64,000 nt of DNA from contig VRVR01000008.1 of the NCBI GenBank assembly GCA_009859145.1, positions 359,957-423,956 on the forward strand. Reading direction: 5' to 3'. The notes under the pieces were generated by a model. The model worked only from the letters and a program-made list of their open reading frames with translations, did not search any database and was not told the DNA's origin. The translations under genes and the position numbers were made by a program. The stretch comes from Andalucia godoyi And28 (Eukaryota > Protista > Jakobida). Positions 51,201-60,307 of the stretch are shown here, piece by piece. Every line of letters starts with the position of its first letter. The stretch's first letter is position 1.

Positions 51201-51335
51201 CTCTGCTGGCTTGGGATGAAGTTGGTGTTTGCATTCCGAAGATGCTTCGACAAGAATAAGAGCCATGGCCTCGTTTCAAAGGCATCTCGGTCCTATTCCT
51301 CGCAGCAAGAGCTTCTCGAACAGCCGCTGCTCTAG
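48213..51335 (+). CDS. Multi-pass cell-surface protein with ephrin-receptor-like (GCC2/GCC3) Cys-rich repeats
   Basis: Signal peptide; CVPCPAGQYQP...CSLCPFGTYS...CIPCPPGKLC; three TM segments; an (NAGA)n/(GA)n tract at about 48897-48972. Confidence 0.75.
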   Translation: MTLSLSVCRPGRSAVVSLPCLLLFLHLLLSHHTLRTVDGYSSISSFDISFDGFNALVSATPSTSSVLSRVPAKINPTTVTLYSLNPDTMLFRQIGKPLKSPDVLKSMQFGSKVATRRLSQFNASLLVTSSDYVNSGEGFAGISICTYPSVSAYGANAQALNLDCANLKVISRCPLYEDVLKNECVLDGLVATTPTAVVATCNNTANLCVIPIRRQSLMDSNGLSADTDANAGANAGANAGANAGAGAGAGAGAAYLLEIASLATNVSVCTDSAPFTGMYAWGETIAMTSCLSSCDGVNQVSVVGFDLPSFNPVPPLEAKFQFTIETFGSCTGAAAAISDQFMALAYPSSSGIGIISLSTGKVVTSVYLPSLGPFAAASTVITGFGSSLAFVSSTVLAVTASGGLELSTGITGSGAVIVFEQVTPVAGAAPRFVITNMVPSLLYRSTSDTSSVYVGSPGVSNGIIAFAVAEAATVTPYVLPPCGAGRQFSAVSPLPPSQFGNIGGACVPCPAGQYQPATFRYAPCSLCPFGTYSAAEGSKSVLSCIPCPPGKLCSDGSAIPLNAATYAYPAFVDNVSPDMDSTDEVDLEDSFLISCFPYFVLVFCCAVFLACVMAIARPADYKASFSTLEGESEVVSKSWYTRIYAWLLSCRMYSLDEEDVAEEHVSPGFAIYLKVLTFGATLTFIGVIILFVFWYIQFISHGLNKSLVFSVVTSAISDVDPVDLVVLDAPSMDIEVAFPLPSGSVCDTSYVRTAVSGCYKSAEGRTPCEAISSAYTGVFDSVNIPTPMCIFHLMFPVGSVLLPSAFVSLTPQWKNVTYLQSGMFLVPQYSFRYRMNPGNQDTLYFPAAQKRSGTGKSSTAVQLVPANGTVIQGATTVSLYSTLSAAVQCSSHSVDNFPTLARASKSVCVLDPPNSFKEVSTETIQLSSSTSQLFYFPLLTGFNISGATPSLEISLNKRPFLIEKDEGIYFSQASIIVLVLFLILDCHYLLEVSIIILCWLGMKLVFAFRRCFDKNKSHGLVSKASRSYSSQQELLEQPLL

Positions 51336-51613
51336 CCGCTGCTCTGGTCGTTCCTTCTGCACTGCTGACGATCCTGTTTGTTTTTTTCTTCCTTTTTTTC
51401 TTTTGGTTTGTTGTATCTGTTGGTGCGCTTTGTTCCAAGTGCGTGTTCATCTGCCGTATTCCTTGCCTATCCTTGCGCCAACGCTGAATAAAAGCTTTTG
51501 CAAACGCCGGTAGCATCAAGCCTCGAATGGGCAGAAATCATGTTGATCAGTACGCACGTATAGGCGAAAAATCGCTCGTGGATTGTTTTCGTGACGTGGG
51601 AACATTGCTTCGA

Positions 51614-51646
<33 letters not shown>

Positions 51647-51711
51647 GTGACGGGTGGACGGGATCATTGTCTTTTTCTTTTTGCACGTGAAAAGGAAAAA
51701 AAGAAAAAAAG

Positions 51712-52767
51712 ATGGGCGACACTGGCGACCGCGAGTTATCGAGAGAACGAATTTTGGCTATTCTCAATGAAGTCACTTCAAAGCCACTCGGCGCATTGCC
51801 GACACGACCGCCCGCAAAGCCTTCGCGCCATTCGAAACCGACCAAGCGATTACAGCCTGAGAAGAAGATGCTGACGGACGCCGCAACTGTTGCTTCCAAG
51901 AGTGGCTCATCCACCGCCCCTGCAGCCGGCCCTGCAGGGGCAATCTCGGGCACAGGGGTTGCTGCTGCTGCTCCCCCCGCAAAGAAGATTCGACTCGACG
52001 CAAATTGGAAGAAGCTGCTGAGCAAAGCCAAGTTAGAAGGCGAGAAGCAGAAGAAGAGCGGGGTTGTTGCTGGAGATGCTGCCAAGCAACCGTTCCCGAG
52101 AGAAAAGCCCGAGACGAAGGCTGCAGCGCACAGCGTGCCGTCGGTTTGCCCCGTCAATACGAGTGCAGTGAAGGGAGGAGCAGTCGTGGACAAGGTGATT
52201 TCGGATCCTGCTGCGGCTTTGTTGGTTGTGGATCAGTCTGTTCTGACGCAGCACATTGCCATGGATTGCGAAATGGTGGGAACCGGCTCTGATGGATCGC
52301 ACTCTGAACTCGCGCGGGTGACTCTTGTGAATTTCCAAAACCAAATTGTGTTGGACACTCTGGTGAAGCCTCGGTCGTTCGTGACGGACTTCCGAACTTC
52401 GGTGTCCGGAATCAAGCCGTCCGATCTTCGTCGCGCGCGGCCGTTGGAAGAAGTCCAGGAGATCGTATCGGGGGTCCTTAAGGGCCGGATTCTCGTTGGT
52501 CACGCTCTGCATAATGATTTGAAGGTCTTGATGATGGACCATCCGCGGACCATGCGACGCGATACAAGCTCGTACTTTGGGAAGCGAAAGAAGCTCAGAG
52601 ACTTGTCTCGAGAGCATCTCGGATGGGAGATCCAAACAGAAGCGCACGATTCAGCAGAAGATGCAAAGGCCGCCATGATGTTGTACAAGTCTGTTCGTGA
52701 AGAATGGGAAAAGTCCCTGCGGACAACCCGCAAACCCAGTCCTGTTGCGGAAGCAGAATTGGACTGA
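51712..52767 (+). CDS. REXO4: RNA exonuclease 4 (DEDDh)
   Basis: NWKKL in the N-terminal region; IAMDCEMVG, ARVTLVN, VTDFRT.VSGI, ILVGHALHNDL, RDTS, HDSAEDA. Confidence 0.9.
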   Translation: MGDTGDRELSRERILAILNEVTSKPLGALPTRPPAKPSRHSKPTKRLQPEKKMLTDAATVASKSGSSTAPAAGPAGAISGTGVAAAAPPAKKIRLDANWKKLLSKAKLEGEKQKKSGVVAGDAAKQPFPREKPETKAAAHSVPSVCPVNTSAVKGGAVVDKVISDPAAALLVVDQSVLTQHIAMDCEMVGTGSDGSHSELARVTLVNFQNQIVLDTLVKPRSFVTDFRTSVSGIKPSDLRRARPLEEVQEIVSGVLKGRILVGHALHNDLKVLMMDHPRTMRRDTSSYFGKRKKLRDLSREHLGWEIQTEAHDSAEDAKAAMMLYKSVREEWEKSLRTTRKPSPVAEAELD

Positions 52768-52990
52768 TTGTCGAGAGCGCGATTCTTTTCGCTCGTTCGA
52801 CTTGCATTCTTCCGTTGTTGATTTGTTGCTAACTTCGTTTTGTTGCTGTTGCTGTTCTTTATTTCACAAATTCAAATTACATCGTTGTTGTCGTGACACT
52901 ACTACAAGTACCTTGACCTTGGCATTGGCAGTGATGTCCAGCCATGTACATACCCTCCCTTCTCCTCACACACACACACACACACACACA

Positions 52991-53026
<36 letters not shown>

Positions 53027-53240
53027 CTCTCTCTCACTTTCCCATGTTTTTCTGCAATCCAAGGAATAATGTGAAAAACATATTAGTGTGAAAGAACCAG
53101 CAAAAAGTCAACAAAAAAGAAGAAGAGGAGAGGGGGGGGAACCACTACTTCACTCTCTTCCTGTCGATTTGCTGTTCTCTCTCCGCTAATGGACGATATG
53201 GGGAGAGACGGAGGAGGGTTTTTCTGCCTGTTTGGAACCG

Positions 53241-53672
53241 TCATCGCGGACTAGAAGCGATCAACGGAGGAGTGGGCGTGTGTCTCAGCGCCCGTGCCTT
53301 CCACGCATCGACTTGCATCTCAAGCTCTCGGATTCTTTTCTGAAGCTTGTTTGCAATAAACTCTTCTTCCTGCTCAAGTGCGTTCTCCAATTGCACTTTT
53401 TCCTTTTGGACCTGCTCAAGCTTCTTGATCAGTGTGTTTGTCAGGAACTCTTCTTCTCGCTCAATCTCCAAAGCCAGTTTTTCCTTTTCACGCTTGACAG
53501 ATTCGAGCTTGGTAAGCAGCCTGTTCGTTATCGACTCTTCTTCCGCATCGATCGAGCGCGAAAGCTCTTCCGTGCGCTCACGAAGCGCGGACAGATTCAT
53601 CGACAGCTCCGAATTCCGCTCGCGCTCCAGTGCAAGAAGCTGCTCCAGCTCCACAACTCGGGTATCTGCCAT
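53241..53672 (-). CDS. Short CCDC6-like (DUF2046) coiled-coil protein
   Basis: Repeated AEEESITNRLL / EREEEFLTNTLIKKL / EQEEEFIANKL motif typical of the CCDC6 family; 143 aa. Confidence 0.75.
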   Translation of the reverse strand: MADTRVVELEQLLALERERNSELSMNLSALRERTEELSRSIDAEEESITNRLLTKLESVKREKEKLALEIEREEEFLTNTLIKKLEQVQKEKVQLENALEQEEEFIANKLQKRIRELEMQVDAWKARALRHTPTPPLIASSPR

Positions 53673-54218
53673 GACGATAAGTAGAAATGATGATTGTCTG
53701 AGGAAAAAACGATGATTAGCGAACCTCTTTTCTTTCCTTCCTTCCTTCCTTCTTTCTTCTTCTTTTTTTTAAATTTAAAAAAAAAAAATGCGATTGTCAC
53801 CTTTTTCCTTTTGCTTTTCCTCTTCTTTTTTCTTTTGTGACAAACCTTCTGAAGATCGCTTCGTTTTGGCTGCTTCTTTCATGCTTTGGTGGTCTGTTCT
53901 CTGACAAGGAAAGTGCTCGGCTACTCGAAGTCGTGAGAAAACTCCCCGCTGTGCGCTGGAAATGTCAAAAAGCGTCACTTGATCCTAGCATTCGGTCATG
54001 CGCATGATGTCACATTTGAGCACATTCTCCGAGACCGGTGAAACGCTGAGACTGAAGAAAGGCAAAGAGCGATCCTTTCCTTGTTTTCCCTTTTCCCATT
54101 GATGATTGATGATGATTGATTTATTTTAATTATTATATTTTTCTTTCTTGCGCAAGTCATCCAGGAAGGGCGGATACTCTTTTGTGTATTTTCAAGCGAG
54201 AGACATTGTGGAAAGAAA

Positions 54219-55316
54219 ATGGGAATAGCGGAAAAGATCGGGGACATTGAGCATGAGATGAGCCGCATGCAAATCAACAAGGCCACAATGCATCATTATG
54301 GACTGTTGAAGGCTCGTCTTGCAAAGCTGCGTTCCGAGCTTCTTGATGCGTCTTCAAAGTCCAGCGGAGGTCTCCGCGATGGATTCGATGTGAAGAAGAG
54401 CGGCGATGCACGAGTGGCCCTTGTTGGGTTTCCGTCTGTAGGCAAGTCCACGCTGCTGAACAAACTCACCGACACCGAATCTGCGACGGGTGCTTATGAG
54501 TTCACGACACTGACGTCTATCGTGGGTGTGTTGAAGCACAATGGAACGACGATCCAAGTACAGGATCTACCGGGTATTATTGAAGGAGCGGCGGATGGAA
54601 AAGGTCGAGGAAAACAAGTCATTGCTGCAGCACGAAATGCGGATCTCATCTTGCTGATGCTCGATGCTGCGCGAGGCGAGGCACATAAGAGACTGTTGGA
54701 GAAGGAGCTGGAGGCGATGGGCATCCGCTTGAACAAGAGAAAACCAAATGTTACCATCAAGGTGAAGGCAGGCGGCGGACTAAAGTTCAATGCCACAGTT
54801 CCCCTGACCCATATCAACGAACGACTTGTGCATCAAATCTTGCAGATCCACAAGATATTCAACGTTGAGGTGTTAGTTCGAGAAGACGTGACGGTGGACG
54901 AGTTCATCGATGTGCTAGAGGGGAATCGCAAGTACCTGCCGTGTTTGTGTGTGTACAACAAAATCGATCATCTGACTGTTGAAGAAATTGACGCGATTGC
55001 GCGTCGACCGCACTCAGTCGTCATTTCGTGCGAGTGGGATTTGAATTTGGACTATTTGGTGGAAAAGATGTGGGAATACCTCGATATCATCCGAGTGTAT
55101 ACCAAGAGGAGAGGCTCCAGGCCGGATTTCAACGAGCCGCTCATCATGAGAAGGGGTGCTTCGGTGGAGGATATTTGCCGGAGCATTCATCGTGAAATGG
55201 TTCAAAGTTTCAAGTTTGCGCTAATATGGGGCACGTCTGCCAAGCACAGTCCACAGAGAGTTGGAATTCAATTGGTGCTGGAAGATGAAGACGTCGTGCA
55301 AATACATGCTGGGTAG
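54219..55316 (+). CDS. DRG2: Developmentally regulated GTP-binding protein, DRG2/Rbg2 type
   Basis: MGI.EKI, G1 GFPSVGKS, YEFTTLT, G3 DLPGIIEGA, G4 NKID and a C-terminal TGS domain. The N-terminus is somewhat divergent (MQINKATMHHYG). Confidence 0.9.
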   Translation: MGIAEKIGDIEHEMSRMQINKATMHHYGLLKARLAKLRSELLDASSKSSGGLRDGFDVKKSGDARVALVGFPSVGKSTLLNKLTDTESATGAYEFTTLTSIVGVLKHNGTTIQVQDLPGIIEGAADGKGRGKQVIAAARNADLILLMLDAARGEAHKRLLEKELEAMGIRLNKRKPNVTIKVKAGGGLKFNATVPLTHINERLVHQILQIHKIFNVEVLVREDVTVDEFIDVLEGNRKYLPCLCVYNKIDHLTVEEIDAIARRPHSVVISCEWDLNLDYLVEKMWEYLDIIRVYTKRRGSRPDFNEPLIMRRGASVEDICRSIHREMVQSFKFALIWGTSAKHSPQRVGIQLVLEDEDVVQIHAG

Positions 55317-55404
55317 CTCATGATAAAATAGTCTTACTTATTGATTAAAAACATTGCGTGCTACATGATCGGCATCGTTGTTGCTAAGCTAGTTGTCCTC
55401 CTCT

Positions 55405-56763
55405 TTAGAAATGGGTGACATCGCGTCCGAAGAGCAAGGTCTTGAACCAGTACATGGGCACGAGCAGCTTGTTTCGAATCGAGACAAGATTCGTGAGGTA
55501 CGCGGACCGCCAAAAGAGCCATGCGCCGAATCCAGTCGCCTTGACCCCGGTAAGATCGACGAGGGCCTTGTGCGATCCGACGTACGCCAGCATGCCGACG
55601 TGTTGATAATGAAAATCGTCACGAGAGCCGGCGTTGAAGTGTTTGGCAAGCCACTTTCCTTGCTGGCTTGCGACTTGTGCGGTCGCTGGAAGGATCTTTC
55701 CATTAGGAGACGTATCAGTCCGAACAGCAGCCGTGTCGCCAATTGCAAAAACATTCTGCAAACCTTCTACTTGGAGTTGCGAGTCTACCAACACCCGTCC
55801 GGAAGCATGTTTCTTCAACCCTGTCGTCGCAGTGATGACGTCGCGGGGAGCAATGCCGGTGGACCAGATGAGCAAACCGTACGGAATCTTTTCCTGCGCA
55901 CCATTTTGGTTCTGCACGAGGATGTAGTCCTTTTCGACTCGAAGAACTTTCATTTTCAGCTTCAATTCAATGAGCTGCTTGGAGAAGTGCTTCTGGGCAA
56001 AACTTGAAAGTTTTTCATCAAAGCCGCTGAGAATTGCAGAGCCAGCCTCTACCAGTGTGAGCCTGGTATCGGCGACAACCGCCGAAGGAAACACTTTCCG
56101 CAGATCCTGCGTGATGAAGTCGTGGATTTCTGCAGCAACTTCGCAACCTGTCGGTCCTCCGCCAACAATGACGCAGTGTAAGATATCTTTCCGGTCCTTG
56201 TCGGACATTCCTGGAGCAGAGGCTCGCTCAAAATTGTCCAAGAGGTCTTCTCTGATTTTTCGTGCATCGCCAATCTCCTTTAGAAAGTGCGCATTCTCTT
56301 CCACTCCTGGGATGCTGAACGTGTTGTTCTTGGCCCCCACAGCGATCACCAGCTTATCATACGGCACGGAAAAAGTGCTGGGACCGGAAGCGCTGGCGCT
56401 GGCGTTAGCGCTCGTGTCGTACCGAGAACTGGGAACACATGCAATCGTCCTGTTTTGAAAATCGAACGCGACGGCCTTTGCTTGGTAGTAATTGACGGGT
56501 TGATTCGGGGAACGGACAGCCTCAATGACTCCGCGAAACTCCAACGTCCCCACACACGTACTGGCCAGCAACGGAGTAAACAAAAAGTGATTTCGCGGAG
56601 AAACCACGGTAACGTCGTACTTGGACAAGTCGAGCTTTCGAAGAAGCTGGTATCCGCCCCAGCCCGACCCAAGAATCACAATTTTTTCTTTCGTCTTTCC
56701 AGCCGCCGTCGAAACTGCACTTCCAAAACACCGCTGAGAGATTCGCAAGTGCAGACGTATCAT
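55405..56763 (-). CDS. Type II (alternative) NADH dehydrogenase, mitochondrial, no EF-hand
   Basis: Presequence; ILGSGWGG, SPRNHFLFTPLL, YDKLVIAVG, VGGGPTGCE, AIGD, ATAQVA.QQG, WRSAY. Confidence 0.93.
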   Translation of the reverse strand: MIRLHLRISQRCFGSAVSTAAGKTKEKIVILGSGWGGYQLLRKLDLSKYDVTVVSPRNHFLFTPLLASTCVGTLEFRGVIEAVRSPNQPVNYYQAKAVAFDFQNRTIACVPSSRYDTSANASASASGPSTFSVPYDKLVIAVGAKNNTFSIPGVEENAHFLKEIGDARKIREDLLDNFERASAPGMSDKDRKDILHCVIVGGGPTGCEVAAEIHDFITQDLRKVFPSAVVADTRLTLVEAGSAILSGFDEKLSSFAQKHFSKQLIELKLKMKVLRVEKDYILVQNQNGAQEKIPYGLLIWSTGIAPRDVITATTGLKKHASGRVLVDSQLQVEGLQNVFAIGDTAAVRTDTSPNGKILPATAQVASQQGKWLAKHFNAGSRDDFHYQHVGMLAYVGSHKALVDLTGVKATGFGAWLFWRSAYLTNLVSIRNKLLVPMYWFKTLLFGRDVTHF

Positions 56764-57192
56764 CTGTGAGCAACTCAGTGAGAAACGTGAGTGAGAAAGT
56801 GAAAATGGGTGTGTGTGTGTGTGTGTGTGAAACGGAAAATCAACGCACGTTATGCTGGTTTGAATCGTTGAAAATACTGTCGAAAAGGACGAAGAAAAAG
56901 AATAAGTAGCAGAAAAAGAAAAGGTGGACTGCCGTCAAGAAGACGACAGGCGCAAACCTCAATTTCAACTTTGATTGTCCCCCCAGCACACCAGCGAATC
57001 GAAGAGTCCTGGAGTCCTGTTGAACAACCAGCAGATCGAACGGAACTGCCTTGACACCCGATTTCCTATGCGCAGCAAAAGCTCTCGTTCGTCTAGACGA
57101 CGAACAGACAGCAATGGGGTGACGAGAATGATGATGACGGTGGTGATGATAATGATAATTTAATTGAAATCAACTGAATGGTGGCAACAGCA

Positions 57193-57651
57193 CTATGTCC
57201 TGGGAGGGGAGGACGGAGGAAATGGTTTAAAACTGCGGAAGATGATTTTTCCCAGCACAACAGCGATTGCGACTCCGAACCAATTGGCCGCAAGATCCTT
57301 GAGATCAAACGATCTCCCTGGAATGAAGTATTGGCAGCACTCGACCACAAGACCGTGATACGCCCAGTTCACGCCGTAATATGGAATGCATTCTGCAGGA
57401 ATCACGTGCCATTTGCTCCACTTCACCCCCGGTCCTTGGCGGATTCTTGAAGCGGACACTTCCTGCATGCTTGCAAATATCATGAGAAAACACGCAATGA
57501 AATACATTGCTGCATGAAACATCACATCCCTGCCTTCTTTGCCAATATCGCCGACCACAGACTCCAACTCGCGCCCCGGACACAGCAAAAGCAGCGTCAT
57601 CGCAGCGGCGTACGTCCATGCTACGATTTTGAATGGCTGTCGGGATAACAT
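57193..57651 (-). CDS. VanZ-like family small membrane protein
   Basis: TM1-P...D..FH...YF and G..VE..QYFIPGRSFD..DL.AN..G; 152 aa. Confidence 0.75.
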   Translation of the reverse strand: MLSRQPFKIVAWTYAAAMTLLLLCPGRELESVVGDIGKEGRDVMFHAAMYFIACFLMIFASMQEVSASRIRQGPGVKWSKWHVIPAECIPYYGVNWAYHGLVVECCQYFIPGRSFDLKDLAANWFGVAIAVVLGKIIFRSFKPFPPSSPPRT

Positions 57652-57789
57652 GCTGCGCCACTTCCGGAATATGATAATCTACAATTCCAGTTTTTAAAAA
57701 AGTCAAAACCTTGCTGAAACCATCGATTCTGGTGGAAAGGCTCCTCCACCAAGCTCCACAGGATTCAGGGCGCTGCGGAATGCTTCAGC

Positions 57790-58072
57790 AAAAACCTCTC
57801 CAAAATATTTTGTCTCGCATGTGCCGCCGCGCCTCAAACAGATTTATTGCCGTAAAAAGGAAACTTTTTTTTACAGTCAGCATCAGCGCCCATCATCGAT
57901 TACAGGGAATCGGTTGTCAATATTCGACAGTGTCTCATTGGGCCTCGGCCTGCACACCTACGCCGCCGCCGCACAGCAACAGCAGCAACCGGTGGCAGCA
58001 TTCTGCAGAGGGTGAAAGGTCGACCTTCATTCAACAACAATGTCGACGGCTGCAAACTCAGCCATGCTATCC
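57790..58072 (+). repeat. Repeat family 1, copy 2 (inverted and internally deleted relative to 1816-2343)
   Basis: 57870-57893 is the reverse complement of 2237-2260 (24/24); 58039-58053 is the reverse complement of 1883-1897; flanking blocks align with 2237-2330 and 1864-2003. Confidence 0.85.
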
Positions 58073-58159
58073 GGTGAAGCTGAATCCGGTTTGTCTGTGT
58101 GGTGAGAACCACCAGGGCTCTGAGAAACGGGCTTGGTTCTCACCATCGATTCGGATAGC
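58066..58159. other. Nested inverted repeats (stem-loop)
   Basis: TGGTGAGAACCA 58100-58111 with TGGTTCTCACCA 58134-58145 (12 bp perfect), enclosed by GCTATCCG 58066-58073 with CGGATAGC 58152-58159. Confidence 0.7.
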
Positions 58160-58277
58160 CGGGGTTCCGGAGGATTTGAGGGTTCCATGATGAGGATTAG
58201 AGACATCAAACTATCCGGAATTCCAATCAACTGAATCTCACGAAAACCGGGACCTCACTGTTCTTTGTGGTTCTCAG

Positions 58278-59952
58278 CTAGTGCAGGAACCTCGAGCTTC
58301 GTTTCAAACAGGTCGCGCGCCAAGAGGATTTTCGTATCAGAAAACAAGCTGGCTGAAATTGTCGCATTTTTGAAGCCCTGTGTAACATTTCGTCTTCGCT
58401 CAGAAAGAGAGTAGGCTGACCGTTCACACCGGAGTCGGAAGAAGTTCTCAAAGGGAGTTTGGTGATTCCAGTTCCTTCTGCGCTGTCGGGCTGCGCTTCA
58501 CCACAAACAGATACATTGCGACGGAACTGATTACTGATTTGCTCTTTAATTTGCTGTTTGTCTCTGTCCAAACACCAGCCAGCCACGACGAACCCTGCAG
58601 TTCGCATGCAAGATGTCGCAGGAAATACACTGGCTCGCGCACATCGGTCGCAAAATAGGTGCGCGGTTTCACGAATTCCAACTCGTACTTATTCCGCGCC
58701 CACGCTTCGGGTCCCAAAATGCTCCACGTGAATCGTTTCGCAGTCGCCGTGATGCATGCTCCACCCGCACTCAGCGTGAGATTGCGTCCAACTCGCCCAG
58801 CCTGGAAGCTATGGTGAGCTCATCATCCTGAGAATGGCCGACATCAACACCCGCGCCAATTCACACATGTCTCCTTGCCCGTCAACCGCCCCAGTGTAAA
58901 CCCTTGTTGCAAACAGAATGCGCGTGCGGGTTCTCTTCCGCACTGGACCCTCCAAACCCGCCTCCGCGAATAGCTTCTTTGCAGCCTTCTTGATGTCCGG
59001 GTGTTTCTCGATGTCAAAGTCGCTGAGCTCCGTGCTGAGGCCGCGGCGGGCCTCTTCCATAGTCACCGCACGCTGCGCCAACTTGTCGGCCGACGACAGC
59101 TAGCACACGCGCCACCCATCGTATGTCGTGATAATGCCAAACACGAAACGCAATCCAAAGTGCTCTTGCGTCAGACGCAGATCGTCGTAGATCTGCCTCG
59201 CAAACTCGCTCACAGACGCCATCACAGTGCGGTGCCTTTTCTTCGTGTTTGCCGGACGCGCCGAATCGGGAATCCTCATTCCGATCACTCCAAGCAGACG
59301 GCCCTCTTCGTCGCGCACACCGATAATGTCGGGAATATTATCATCGCGTTTGTCACTTTCATTCAACAGCCAACCGAGGTTGCACTCATCGCGTATGTGC
59401 ACCTCTGAACCCTCGGGCAGCGCGCTGATCAAGTCAGCGGGTCCAAGGAGACAAACTTGGAGACCGACTTCCCGTTCACATAGTTCATGTTGGATCTCAT
59501 CTGTCGCAACCGACGCGCATTGTTCTTCTGGAGCACGCCAGCGAAGTCGGTGAGTCGAAGCATGCGCTCTGTTATGCAGGCGGGAATGTGGGAGCATTGC
59601 TCCACCGTACCTCCGATGGAGGAGTCCGACGTTGTGTTTGATAACCTCATGCCTAACAGAGGAAAGCCTTTCACAAGGAGGGACATGTCATCCAGCTCAG
59701 TCGTCGCGATCTCCCTCAGACGCCGCTGCTCCACCGTTTTTTTCAGATTCTCTTGCACAATGCACGCAGCAGTCTCGTCTTGGCATTCACCGATCGCCAG
59801 ACTCGTGAGATGCGCGATGTCCATGCGCTCCAGATTGGCCTGCAAGCACGCCAAAGCCCCTTCTGCTGCAGGATCATGATCCATACACTCTCCACCAACT
59901 CGTTCATATCGGTGTCCACATCCCAGGCCGCCTCATTGGTGACCGTCGCCAT
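58278..59952 (-). pseudogene. Degenerate Crinkler/RHS-type (CR) restriction-endonuclease-fold plus protein kinase gene
   Basis: Collinear fragments in shifting frames: LRW..., NIPDIIGV...GVIGMRIP, QIYDDL..TQEHFGLRFVFGIITTYDGWRVC(TAG), RILFATRVY, FLRHLA.ELQGSSWLA, FVVK, NGQPTLFL. About four frameshifts plus an in-frame stop at 59102-59100. Confidence 0.65.
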
Positions 59953-60307
59953 CCTGCTAACTATGCTAAACTGATCCGTTGTGTGCTTGACTGTTCCAAA
60001 ACGCGTTTGAAAAGAATCCACGGAGACGTATCTACCGTAGCAGACAAAAAAGACCTCGGGCGCACAAGCAGCTGTACTGCAAACGCCCTGATTGTCGAGT
60101 TCCGTCGAGTCCCCCCCCCCGTTCGATGGATCCGATCCTCCAATCCCGTCGCCGGCCGCTCGAGTCTTTGACGAACACACTAAGGAGCAGTTTGCAAAAA
60201 AAAATAAAAATAAGAGAACCACATAACCATTCTGAGATCTATCTCGCCATTACAGATCAGACTGCAACAACACCATCACAGGAAGCTTCTGGATCGCAAA
60301 AGGGGAA

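Noticed and set aside
54004-54058. Box C/D-like ATGATG ... CTGA (similar at 36034-36096)
   Set aside because: Imperfect box C, no terminal stem, and no rRNA-complementary guide that I could identify.
56970-57125. RNase MRP-like GTCCCC ... ATGGGG pair
   Set aside because: Flanking consensus bases (GAAAG, GGGGCT) are absent and the spacing is too short.
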